Part shown: one piece after another, positions 28,241 through 40,400 of the stretch
Layout: each line of letters begins with the position of its first letter
How positions within the stretch are numbered: the first letter of the stretch is position 1
Source: Hypanus sabinus
Lineage: Eukaryota
Reading direction: 5' to 3'
DNA length: 64,000 bases
NCBI RefSeq assembly: GCF_030144855.1
Contig: NC_082714.1
Location: 41,540,001-41,604,000 of the forward strand
Translations under genes and position numbers: made by a program
The notes under the pieces: generated by a model
What the model was told of the DNA's origin: nothing
Seen by the model: the letters and a program-made list of their open reading frames with translations, nothing else
Databases searched by the model: none

Positions 28241-28964
28241 ACTTCTTTAAAATCTATTTAAATTTAATGATCAATCAAATAAAAAAGGGCGAGTCACTCT
28301 TCTGTAGTGGACTGTTTGTACCTAATTATTTTAGTAGAAGTATTGTACTTGTCCCAGGTCTAATCCAGTTTAGGCTGTGCAGATGCTGTTCCTAGTTTGA
28401 GATATCCTGTGGAAGTCTGCACTATACTGACAGAGTCTAATTGGGAGCGCAGCCATGTGGTGCAGCTCTCCAGTGCTGTGCTTCATCTTAAAGTGAGGAA
28501 TCCTGAGCTCTCACTCAGTTATATCATTAAAACCCACTGGTCTCAGCATTGTGCATTTGGTTATACCTCCCAGATTGAGTTTATCACCAAATTCTTTAAT
28601 TGTTTCTTTAGTTCCCAAGTCCAAACCAAATACAGCACTGTTCAAATGTCTGAGGTAGCCCAGATTTTTTTAAATGGTTTCAGATAGGGTCCTTGATCTC
28701 AATGTCATCTAGCTGTCTGGAATTACCTGGAGAGACAGAAGTAAGTGAGGCAGTCAAAATCTACAGAAGAACTGTGGTAAATTCTCCAAAATGCTTGGAA
28801 CAACCTACCAGATGATTTTCTTACAAAACCACACAACACTGTACCTAAGTGAATTGATGCCACTTTAAAGGCAAAGGGTGGTCACACACCAAATATTCAT
28901 TTGATTCAGTGTTTTACTGTTTACTGCTCTTTATAGTAAATTTTCTATTTAGAAACTTTTAATT

Positions 28965-29139
28965 AGGAGGCTGTCCCACCCACTCATGTTCAATGGCTAT
29001 CTGAAATTATGTTGTGCCTTGATCTAGAGAAGATTTGTTGTTCGATTTCTGATTCTGAACATGATTTTTTAATGCTCTGGGGACCCTTTCTGAGTTATTT
29101 TCATAATTTTTGAACTGTTATTAAAGTATGGATCTGAGC

Positions 29140-29195
<56 letters not shown>

Positions 29196-29460
29196 TATAT
29201 GGTATTGTTTTTTTTTTCTCTTTTTTCACCAACCAGCTCATTTTGGTAGTGGGGGTAGATTTTTATAAATAAAATACAATTATTCTATTTTATTTCATTT
29301 CATAATTCAATCTTTTTTTCTACATGATTGATTTGGAATGTGGGATGCTGTGATCACATTACTGTGATTTAAATGCAATGTAATTAATATGACTTGTATT
29401 CCTATGAATTTTGTATTTGTACTCATGCAATTTATATAATATGAATACAAATATTGAAAG
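28965..29460 (+). mobile_element. L1-clade LINE 3' end
   Basis: PPTHVQWLSEIMLCLDLEKI...LWGPFLSYF*; 14-bp TSD agaaacttttaatt at 28951-28964 and 29461-29474. Confidence 0.8.
29141..29193. repeat. (ATT)n microsatellite
   Basis: About 17 perfect units, inside the L1 3' UTR. Confidence 0.97.
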
Positions 29461-30771
29461 AGAAACTTTTAATTTCATTTGTTTTGAAAGCATCTTCACT
29501 TTAGAGAATTTTTTTACATGTGCCTCAAACTTTTGCACAGTACTGCATATGCATGAATGTACTGTAAAATGCAATGGTGAGTTCAAGACCAAAGAGCCAG
29601 TTGTATGTAGAACTAACTGTGGTTCAGCATTTCTCTGAGGAAATATTTTCCTCGTTATGAACTATGCCCTAGCAATCACTATGACTAGATGAGTATGTCA
29701 AATACCCTGGGCCAGTTTGCCATTTATGCATTGGGTAAGGCATGGTAGCAAATACACTGTCTGAGGTGCTCTCACAGTTCCAGGATTTGAGACAGCTATT
29801 TAATTCCAAGTCAAGATGTTGTGTGACCTGGAGGGCAAATTGAGGTTGCTGTTTTCTTGAGCTTGCTGCCCTGGATTTCTAGGTGGTAGATTTGGCGGTG
29901 TCAGTTCTGTAGAGTTGCTGAAGCACCTTTGGTTCTTGTTCAAATTGGGAAGGGGTGTAGAACTAGCAGGTGACTTAGGACTGGATAGAGTCAAACATTT
30001 CAATTGTTACTGGAACTTTATTCATCCAGTACTAGGAGAGGTATCAAAATATTATTGTTTATTGCTAAAGGACTTGAATGCAAAAAGTCACGAGGTGTAG
30101 GCGGGAGCTGAGCTTACACACAGGTCAGCCATGATCTGGAAAACCAAAGGCTGAGTGGCCTATTTGTATGTCTGTCTGTGTATATCCTTATTTGTTTGTG
30201 TGAAACATGGCATTGCACATTTGCCATATCAATAATGGAAAGGGAACGGTGATCCAGGACACAAATCCCTTTCTGTAGAAAGCATTCCCTTTGGCCTATT
30301 CTAATGGCCATAATATTGGTGATAGTGGTGATATATAAAGGCAAGGAGTTGTTAATTGTGATTATTGCTATTTGAAAAAAAAAGCACGTTGATTATTGAA
30401 CATTATTCAATTCTATATTGTGTATATTGGGATTTACTGTGGAAAACAGAGTAAACAGAACATTTAACTCAAAAAACATTGCATCATATTTGCAATTGCT
30501 ATTCCAAGGTCATAAGTAGAATACTACATTTCCCTAATGCAATACTACAATAAAGAAAGACAGGGAAAACTCCTGATTGCTCATGTTTATGCAACTTTCT
30601 TAATGTCCTGATTTATATGTTCCCACATTTACTGTCATGTTATTCCATATCAATGGTAAACACAGTGAATATTTCTTCCTATTGATTTTAATAGGTAAGA
30701 GTTTTATGAAGACTTTATTTTGCAGGATGGACAGCTGAATTTGATTTGAAAAGAACGACTACTTCTCAAAA

Positions 30772-30835
30772 ATGAGGCAGAAGATGACTTTTGAGTGGAT
30801 TTCTCCTTTGACTCTCATAGTCAGCATCACACTTG
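30772..30835 (+). CDS. Coding exon 1, signal peptide MRQKMTFEWISPLTLIVSITL(G)
   Basis: Acceptor ttttgcag ends at 30725; in-frame upstream TGA at 30736-30738; ATG at 30772; hydrophobic stretch; donor TTG|gtgggt, phase 1. Confidence 0.8.
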
Positions 30836-31411
30836 GTGGGTTTGTTTTTTGTTGTATAGAGCTGCATTAGAAAATGCCATGTAACAGTATCTTAAAGAAC
30901 AGGATCAAGCTGTTTGTTTAACTCCGTGAGCAATACAAACCATTTATAATCAGAGTTTTCCAACCATACAAACCGTATTCCTCAGCAGAGGGATTCCATT
31001 CCATTGACTAGTACTTTCTAGATGCATACTTGTACAATTATGAAAGAATCACAAATAAACACTACAAATTTAGTCTAATTTATTTTTTAAATATAAACAC
31101 ATATGTACTCTCACCCTCTTTCTTTGATACTGGTGTTTGCCATGCATCAAAGTAGTCTAGAATTTCACAGACTATCCAAAATAGAAATATATAAGAGGGT
31201 TTTCTTATCCTATGTAAGACACTAAGAAGTAGTGTGTCATGTGCATGCTTATTAGATTAATAATGATTCATGGGATTTAAGTTTTATTGCTGAAGTGATC
31301 CTGGATCCAACCAAGGAACAGGACAAAATCAGTCCTGCCAAAGGGTTTCAGCCCAAAACGTTGACTGTACTTTTTTCCATAGATGCTTCCTGTCCTGCTG
31401 AGTTCCTTCAG

Positions 31412-31487
<76 letters not shown>

Positions 31488-34400
31488 ATCCCCTATCAAG
31501 GAACATGTTAGTGTTTTAAATTTACTTCAGGGTCTTATACTGCACCAGGCACAAACATTTACTGAATCTTTGTACTTGATGAGCAAGAGAGCCACAGTTT
31601 GGTAATTATTTTGGATTAAGTAAGAAGGAAAAGGGAAGTTAATAGAAGCAAATTATTATTTCTAATCCTGTACAGTGCTCTAGACACTTAATATTGTACA
31701 GAGTGGGATTTTCCTGCACTTCATTCATGCTCACTGCAGCGTAGTGCCCTGAAGTTGATGGGGCTTTGACTTGTATTTCCATTTCAAAGGACTATTACAT
31801 TGGATTATTAGAACAGCAGCTACAGTCAAAGTTTGATCCTAACTGGTGGGATATGTAATAGCTCACTTGGAAAATTTCCTGATTCTGTGTGATATACAAC
31901 CAAATCTCTTATCCCATAACCCTCGTCAGTGTGAACAAGTGACTGTCCCTATTCCCTCTGCCTTTCTCGGATATGGTGCTGGCCAGATTGACTGATGTTG
32001 AGAGAAGATGATTTACCCCCAGTGCAAAATAATTTCTCAGAGGGAAAACTCTACATCAATAAATTTAATATAGCATGTCTAAATAAAAGGAAAAAATTAA
32101 CAGGGTTCCATCTTTTAAACCATCTTTCTTGTATTGTTCTAGGGTCATTGGTAACATCCGTGAATGCCCAACAGGTGAGTAGGACTGGCATAAAAACACA
32201 CGTGATTCACTTTTGCTATATTTTATAGATTCTACTTGGAATTTTGATGGGTTTCTCCCAATCTCTTGCTGTAATTTCAAAGGCAAATCTCAGTAAAACT
32301 ATGTAACCAATTGGAAATGAACATTTATGCAGTTTCTCCAAGGTTTCCCCTGATCCCTACAGCAAGAAATTGATAGAATCCTTGGGTAAATTCTTTGCTG
32401 GGAGATTTACAGAATTGGAATATTTAATTATTTTCCTTTTCCTTTTCCATAGTGCCATGTAGATATCCCTGTTGGTAAGTAAAATAAAGTTATATGACTT
32501 GTCAAGAATTATTTTAGTGACTGGAACAATTTATAAAGCATTTTTTCCTTTTATTTCCCTACAACAGAACAGAGAATTTGTGAAGGCACTAACAGGTATG
32601 TAGATACAGGAAGCTAAACTGCATTAGTGTTTCAGTGACCCAGAGTCACAATTCATTGCTCCTTGATAAAATGCTGTGGTATTGATATGTTACAAATGAC
32701 CTTCAAGTCTAAGGCTGGAAAGCCTCATTCTTTGATGGCAACAAGAGAGCAAGGGGTAATTAAAATGTATGTGGAGCAGCAAACTATCTCATGCCTTTGG
32801 TTAGAATGATTTGCCGGAAGCAGATACACCCTGCAGACTGCAATCTTGTAGGATTCTCTTCAATGTGCTTGGTGTAGTGAGTTCATTTGCAGAGGAACCG
32901 AGTTGGTAGACATAGACTGAGAGCGCAAGAGGATTACAGCATGCAGAGAGAGCTCCTCGGTAGTTGGTTAAACCAGATTTTGATCAAGAATGCAAAGTTA
33001 TGGAGATTTGTGTAAGGCTGAATCACATTCTCCAATTTGCTGTGGTTTCACAGCTTTAACGAGGGGAAGAAGTCCAGCATATTGATAACCTGCATAATAT
33101 TATTTGGACTGACTGCCTTTTAAGTGTCACATTACAAATGGTAGGTTTACTTTCTTGTAGAGCTGGGTAATGCCGCAGTACAGGAAACCAGTCCATTCAT
33201 ACAAATACAACTCAACAGGAAAGGGGTTCTCATTCATTTAGGTATATTTTAATGGGTGCAAACTCGTAAAATAAAATGACATTTCTGGAGGATCTCTGAT
33301 CTTTTATTCCAGGTTTCTTTTTATGTTAGTTTTAGTATTATCTCTATCATTATTAGTGAAATGATTATAAATGGTACAGATTCTCAGTAAGTGTTAGTGA
33401 TGGGAATTTCCCTACTTTCCATGCAGGTAATTTACAGTACACAGAGATGTAGAAACCTGATTGCATCTAAGTTGAGGGCCATTCTGGGTTTGCGTACTTA
33501 TTGTTAAAATTTGCTTGTGGATATCTACTATGAGTCTCTGTTCAGGTATTTGTTGGATGGAAATGAAATTCATTTCCTAGAAGCAGCAGGCAATGAACAC
33601 CCTCAGCAAGGTGGAAGAATAACCACCCAATGGATCTCTCACTGCCAGCATCCTGGGGAGATGGGTTCATCATCGATCAGACATTTTACTGTGTAGATTG
33701 CATAATCTGTGTGGTTGCAAGACCAATTTGGAGGCTGGGTGACCTACAATGAGTGGCTCACCTGCTTGCATCTCAAACTAGAAGCACTGTGGAATACTTT
33801 CCATTTGCCCGGATAGGTTTAGTGCCAACAACCTTCAAGAAGCTAATCATCATCCATGACAAAGCAACCCACTTGACTGGTACCCTGTCCATCACCCTAA
33901 GTGTTTATTCCGTCCAACACTGGCACACCATGAACGCAGTTTGTACCACCTACTAATGCACTGCAGTCAACACACACAAAATACTGGTGGAACACAGCAG
34001 GCCAGGCAGCATCTATAGGGAGAAGCACTGTCGACGTTTCGGGCCGAGACCCTTCGTCAGGACTAATTGAAAAGAAAGATAGTAAGAGATTTGAAAGTAG
34101 GACGGGGAGGGGAAAATGCAAAATGATAGGAGTAGACCGGAGGGGGTGGGATGAGGCTAAGAGCCAGACAGGTGATTGGCAAAAGGGATACACAGCTGGA
34201 GAAGGGAAAGGATCATGGGATGGGAGGCCTAGAGAGAAAGAAAGGGGGAGGGGAGCACTAGAGGGAGATGGAGATCAGGCAGAGTGATGGGCAGAGAGAG
34301 AACAGGGATGGGGTAAGAAGGGGAGGGGCATTAACGGAAGTTAGAGAAGTCGGTGTTCATGCCATCAGGTTGGAGGCTACCCAGCCGGTATATAAGGTGT

Positions 34401-37400
34401 TGTTCCTGAGTGTGGCTTCATCTTGACAGTAGAGGAAGCCGTGGATAGACATATCAGAATGAGAATGGGACGCGGAATTAAAATGTGTGGCCACTGGGAG
34501 ATCCTGCTTTCTCTGGCAGACCGAGCATAGGTGTTCAGCGAAACGGTCTCCCAGTCTGCGTTGGGTCTCACCAATATATAAAAGGCCACACCGGGAGCAC
34601 CGGACGCAGTATACCACACCAGCCGACTCACAGGTGAAGTGTCACCTCACCTGGAAGGACTGTCTGGGGCCCTGAATGGTGGTGAGGGAGGAAGTGTAAG
34701 GACAGGTGTAGCACTTGTTCCACTTGCAAGGATAAGTGCTAGGACGGAGATCTCTTGCTATCTTTCCTTTCAGTTAGTCCTGACGAAGGGTCTCGGCCGG
34801 AAACGTCAACAGTGCTTCTCCCTATAGATGCTGTGTTCCACCAGCATTTTGTGTGTGTTGTTGTTTGAATTTCCAGCATCTGCAGATTTCCTCGTGTTTG
34901 CCTTTCAAATGCACTGCAGTCACTTGTCTGTTCCATCCTGACAACATCACTCCAACCTGTAACCTCTACCTTTAGGAAGGGCAAGGAAGAAACAACCCAC
35001 CAATTTGAAATAAAGGTGATATTTCACATCTGAACATTAAATGGTAAATATAAAACAGGAAGGACTGTCATATTGCCATATTATACCATGACAAGGGAAG
35101 AGACTATCTGGTGCATTGAGTCTATGCCAGCTCACAAAGCAATTCCATTTCTCTTATAACCTCTTTTCCCCACGTTCTAATCAGCTTCCCCAAAATTTGA
35201 CCACTCATCTACACACTAGACCACAATAGCCAGGTAATCCACTATCCAGCATGATACTTGGGAGGAAAATTTGCTGTGAAGTCATAGAATACTACAGCAG
35301 AGAAACGGGTCCTTTGGTCCACCTAATCTGTGCCGAACTATTAATCTGCCCATTTGTGTTGACCTTCACCTGGCCCACAGCCCTCCATACCCCTCCCATC
35401 CATGTACCAATGCAAATTTCCCTAAAATGTTGAAATCTAACTCAAATCCACCACTTCCTCTGGCAGCTCGCTCCACCCTCTGAGTGAAGAAGTTCTTTCT
35501 CACTGATCCCCTTAAACTGTTAACATTTCATCCTGAGCTCATGACCTCTAGCTGTCACCTGACCCAATCTCAGTGGAAAAAGCCTGTTTTTATTTACCTT
35601 ATCTATACTCATAATTTTGTACACCTCTATCAAATCTCCCCTCATTCTCCTATGTTTAGGAATAAAGTCCTAATCTATTCAACTTTCCCTATAACTTAGG
35701 TCCTCAAATCCTGAAAAAGTGCTAGAGAATTTTTCTGCACTCTTTTAATCTTATTGACATCTTTCTTGTAGGTAGATGACCAGAACTGCACACAATACTC
35801 CAAATTAGACCTCACCAACATTTTATACAATTTCAACATAAAATCCCAACTCCTGTACTCACTGCTGTTGCTGAAGATATTGAAATGTGTGAAACCCAGA
35901 CTTCGAAAAGTCAGCTGCATTTTAAATAGCTGCATCTCACTCAGAGTACCAAGATATTAAAGCACATTATATGAAATTATTTAATTAAAAAATCACCTCT
36001 CAAATATAAAGTGAAGTCTTAAATTTAACCATTAGAAATTCATTAAAACAAGAATTAAATAGGTGGAGGTGATTGGTTTATTTTTAAGAAAGAGTTTTTA
36101 TTAAGGTTGAGAGCAAAGTAGCTTAACAAAGGTATTATGAGAATTTATACTGGATATGCATACAATTGTTCCCACTATTCAGCAGCTACTTTTATGAAGA
36201 GTGTATGAACTAGTCCAAAATATTTGTAACTAAGGAAAGAAAAACAAATGGAGAGTGAAATTTCTAAATCTGGTTACGGGTAAACCAACATTAGTTTTTA
36301 AAAAGAAACTCGCACTCTTAGCAATGTATTGTTTTTTTAACTGGCAACTGTACACAGTATATATCCAGTCTTCATACTTTGACCAAAACAATTGTCCTCT
36401 TACAGCTCTCTACTGGAATCAGAACTACAGTCTGGGAGCATCAATGATTTCTGTAATTATACAGTCACGCAATATGCATGCGCTCAGGTAAATTGAAAAA
36501 CAAGCAAAGTAAGAAAACTTGTGATCTCTGTTTTTGTATCTTGAAAAAACTGACAGGAATCAGAAATAATAAATGCTAGAATTTAATGAACATTGATACA
36601 ATTTTGAATGTGAGTTAGTAGTAAAATACTGTTGTATGTCATATTGTCGGGTGAATGATTAGTTTTTGTTGTACTGCAGATCATAGTCTCTCTTGGGGGG
36701 CTTTGCTGTTGCTTGCTTGGTGGGGTGGAGGGTGCTGGTGCTTCCTGCTGAAGGAAGTGGGAAGGGGGAGGGTTGTTGCTTTGCTGCTGTTTGTGCGTGG
36801 GGAGGGGGGTATTAGGGGGGGGGCCTAGGGGTTCTAATGCTTTTACTGTCACTCATTCTTTGGGACACTCTTCTATCTTTGTGGATGTCTGCAAAGAACA
36901 AAAATTTCAGATTGTATATGTTCTCTGATATTAAATGGAACTATTGAACTAAAAAAAATTAACTCGGGGTAAACTTGTTATATTTGTGAACCAATACAGG
37001 TCAGCAATCAGAGAACTGAATGGTATTAAGGTTTGAGTTAACATAAGGAAACCAGATCTATTGGATTATCTCAATCCATTAAAGATGGTTAGGATAGAAA
37101 AGCCCCGTTTCTTAATATTATTATGAGAGTTGTGCACAGTATTTTATAGATTATTTCCAAAAAAGCAGAGTTCTGAATGCTGTGCTTATTTTACTTTATA
37201 AGGCCACCAAAAGCCTTTCTGTTGACTACTGCACATTATGTCACCTTTTGTCTTTAGAATGGTAATTGATTTTTCAAACAAATTATGTTCAATTGGAAGT
37301 GTGAGGTGGAGAACACCTGGGGTCTCACCACCAGCCTGATAAGTGAATTCAGCTTCAATTTTATTGAGTTGGCAGTTCTCAATATTTATATTTCCAGAAT

Positions 37401-40400
37401 GGGGCTTTATTGAGTTGGCAGTTCTCAATATTTATATTTCTGGAAATATTTATATTTCCAGAATGGGGCTTCCTCAGTTTTGTTTTTTTTTTGGGTTTTA
37501 TTTTGCACAAAAACAGCTATGAACTTTTTCATGTCTATTTTTTTTTCCAGTGCGATGTTTTGGCACAGTTGCCAAGTGAGAACTTGACCCTGATCTTCAA
37601 ATGTTTTGTTGTCACAAGACCTGTGAACATTGCTGATCTGAATGCCACCATCCTGCTTATGCAGAAGATCAGTTTATCAAAGCTTGAAGACTTGCTGGAC
37701 AGGTTCAACAGGAAGGTAACATACATCATGAACTCTCGAATTGTGAGAAACAAAAAATGCAGTTCACCACATGATTCAGCAGAGATCTAAACTTGTGAGA
37801 AAACTTGGAATGGAAAGTCTCCTCTTGCAAAAGGTCAAATCTATAATAAGTGTCAGCGATATTCCTCTCAAACTAGCATAGGAACAAATGGTTTCCAAAA
37901 TCCAACCCATTTCTACTTTCTAGAGATAGTGGAGTAGATTACCTCTTGATGTCAAAGATTTCCTGTAATGAGGAGGGTGGAACATTTTCTCACAAACTAT
38001 TTTTATTTCTTTGGGAGAAAATAATAACTTAAAATGTGTCTCCACCTACAGTTCAACCCTGGCATTGGAATAATGCTTCAGGTTTGCTCTGCTTGATTTT
38101 TTTGATTTACATGATTTTACAATTATACAAGGTGTTGTTGAGGCTGTGGTGAACTACGTATACCTGTCTGGACACGCCCCCTGCTGACTGCTCCTATGGC
38201 TCCTCCCACAGACCCCTGTATAAAGGCGATCAAGGCCTGAGCCCGGCCTCTCAGTCTCCAGGATGTAGTATGGTGGTCACTCACTGCTGGTTCCTTCTTC
38301 CAGTCAATAAAAGCCGATATCTCGCCTTTACGTCTCAGAGTGAGTTATTGATGGTGCATCAGAGGCCATACCTGATGTAGCTTCAACTGACGAAGGGTCT
38401 CGGCCTGAAATGTCGACAGTGCTTCTCCTTATAGATGCTGCCTGGCCTGCTGTGTTCCACCAGCATTTTGTGTGTTGTTGTTTGAATTTCCAGCATCTGC
38501 AGATTTCCTCGTGTTTGTAGCTTCAACTAGGCAGTTTTGGTCATCTTACCCGAATAGGTTATAGTACCTTTGGAGGCAGTCTAAAGGAGATTTACCAAGC
38601 TGGTTTCTGAGATCAGGGTGTTATCCCATCAAGAGTGGTTAAACTGTTACTTGGAGTTGAATGGAATGAACACATAGAGTAATGAATACAATTTTCTTGC
38701 GTATTTTTGGAGCTGTATTCACCCAGACACATGAAGGGTATTTTATCAGAAAGCGTTCCTGCTCAGTTGATGTTACTTATGTCTTGTAGTTGTTGTGATA
38801 ACAGCCTTGTGGTGTCAGGAGCTGGATCAGTTGCTAATGGTTTTGGAATACCATGGTATTCTGGTCAATGGTAATCCCAAAAATGTTGATGATAACTGAG
38901 TGTGTGGAATAGGCTGCTGGTGAGGGTGGTGGTGGCGGATATAATAGGGTCTTTTAAGAGACTCCTGGACAGGAGCTTAGAGAAAATAGAGGGCTATGGG
39001 TAACCAGAGGTAATTTCTAAAATAAGTACATAAGGGCCTGTATTATGCTGTAGGTTTTCTATGTTTCTATGATAATGTACTTGACCACAATGAAACAATT
39101 ACCAAAGATGGATTAGGGATGATACTTAAGTCATGAAAATGTTACTTGTCTCTTATTAGTGTATGGCTACATGTCCTGCAGTTCCATTCACAGTGTAGAT
39201 CTTTTGCTGGGGAACTGTGGATGGAACTGCTCTGAATATCATACACAGTGAATTTCAATGCATTCCGAATGTTTCTGCGCAGACTTGCCTGGACAGGTGT
39301 TCCTCTGGCAGCTAATTAGGGAAATGCTCCTATGCTAATCACATGGTGCTTTCCCTCATTGCTCTCAGTGTATATACAATGCATATTTTTCATAGGAATT
39401 CCTTTTCATCCATTTAAAACCTTATTATTTTCACTGTTGTGCTTCTCCAAGTTCACGCCTGCTTTCTTCTGCTATTTGTCTAGTGATCAGCCACTGATTT
39501 CACCTCCCTGTACCAAATGGGCTGAACGATTACACGTTTCCCAGTTTGCTCTGTTTTACACGGTTATTTGTATTAACCAGAGATAGTTAAGGCTCTGCCA
39601 GTTTCAGGACATGAGAACCTTGTGAGCTTGAAGAATTTAAATGTCATCTCAATGTGATGATTTATTACATTGTTATAAATAACGGACGTCTTTTGCAGTT
39701 GTTTTTTAACTGGAGCTGCGGACTTTGCACAAAATAGTGCTTCAGCCTTTGAAGGTGCTCACTCAATGTTCTGATTTACTGCAGATTAATGACACACTGC
39801 GAATTCCGCTGATGGCTAAAGAAACAATCTTACAAGCTGTCTGGGAGAGATTTAAAATCAACCTGAAGATAAATGACACAAGCTTTCTGGATGCCTTTTT
39901 GAAGCTCCTCAGGCCATTTATTGGTGGCATTTCCAAACCAGTTCTGGAAACACTCCAATACTCAGACATAGTGTGTGATAACTTCAAAGCAATGTAAGAC
40001 AATTTCTTCTTTATCATTACACGTTTCCAAGAGAAAACTGTAATTTTGAAATACCAAGCTAAATCTTTTCTGTTAGTTTTTATCAGGACTGAGAGGAATT
40101 AAGAACAGTTATTTATAGTTATACGGAAGTTTACCGTTGTGTTTTGCTGGTAAATAAGCAGATAAAATGTTGGTCAGAAATTCCTTTGGATGATGGCGGC
40201 TTTATACATTTTCAATGTATTTAATTGAATTTTACAATGGAGGCCTTTTGATTCATTGAGCTTGCATTAGCTTTTTTGAAGAACAGTCCCTTTGATTCTG
40301 CATTGAATATTTATGTAAAGCAGCAGTGTGGAAGCTATATCCATCATTGAAGCAGGCAACATATTCTGAATTACAATCGCATTGTTGTTCTTTTGCCAAT

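Larger units (their letters stand above)
28685..29547 (+). mobile_element. Tc1/mariner remnant (transposase C-terminus and right TIR), interrupted by an L1 insertion
   Basis: PDLNVI..VWNYLER...STEELW.ILQNAWNNLP...LKAKGGHT; TIR-like end cttttgcacagtactg at ~29530-29545. Confidence 0.8.
33970..34907 (-). mobile_element. Truncated Penelope-like element (GIY-YIG endonuclease) with inverted terminal repeats
   Basis: VYCVRCSRCGLLYIGETQRRLGDRFAEH...PVATHFNSASHS; 15-bp TSD aatgcactgcagtca at 33955-33969 and 34908-34922. Confidence 0.93.

Noticed and set aside
31277-31605. ORFs with HTHTHT or CVCVCV runs
   Set aside because: Translations of the (GT)n microsatellite.
31790-31845. Possible exon DYYIGLLEQQLQSKFDPN
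   Set aside because: Needs a phase-0 entry, but exon 1 ends in phase 1, where it hits a stop; it would also split the signal peptide.
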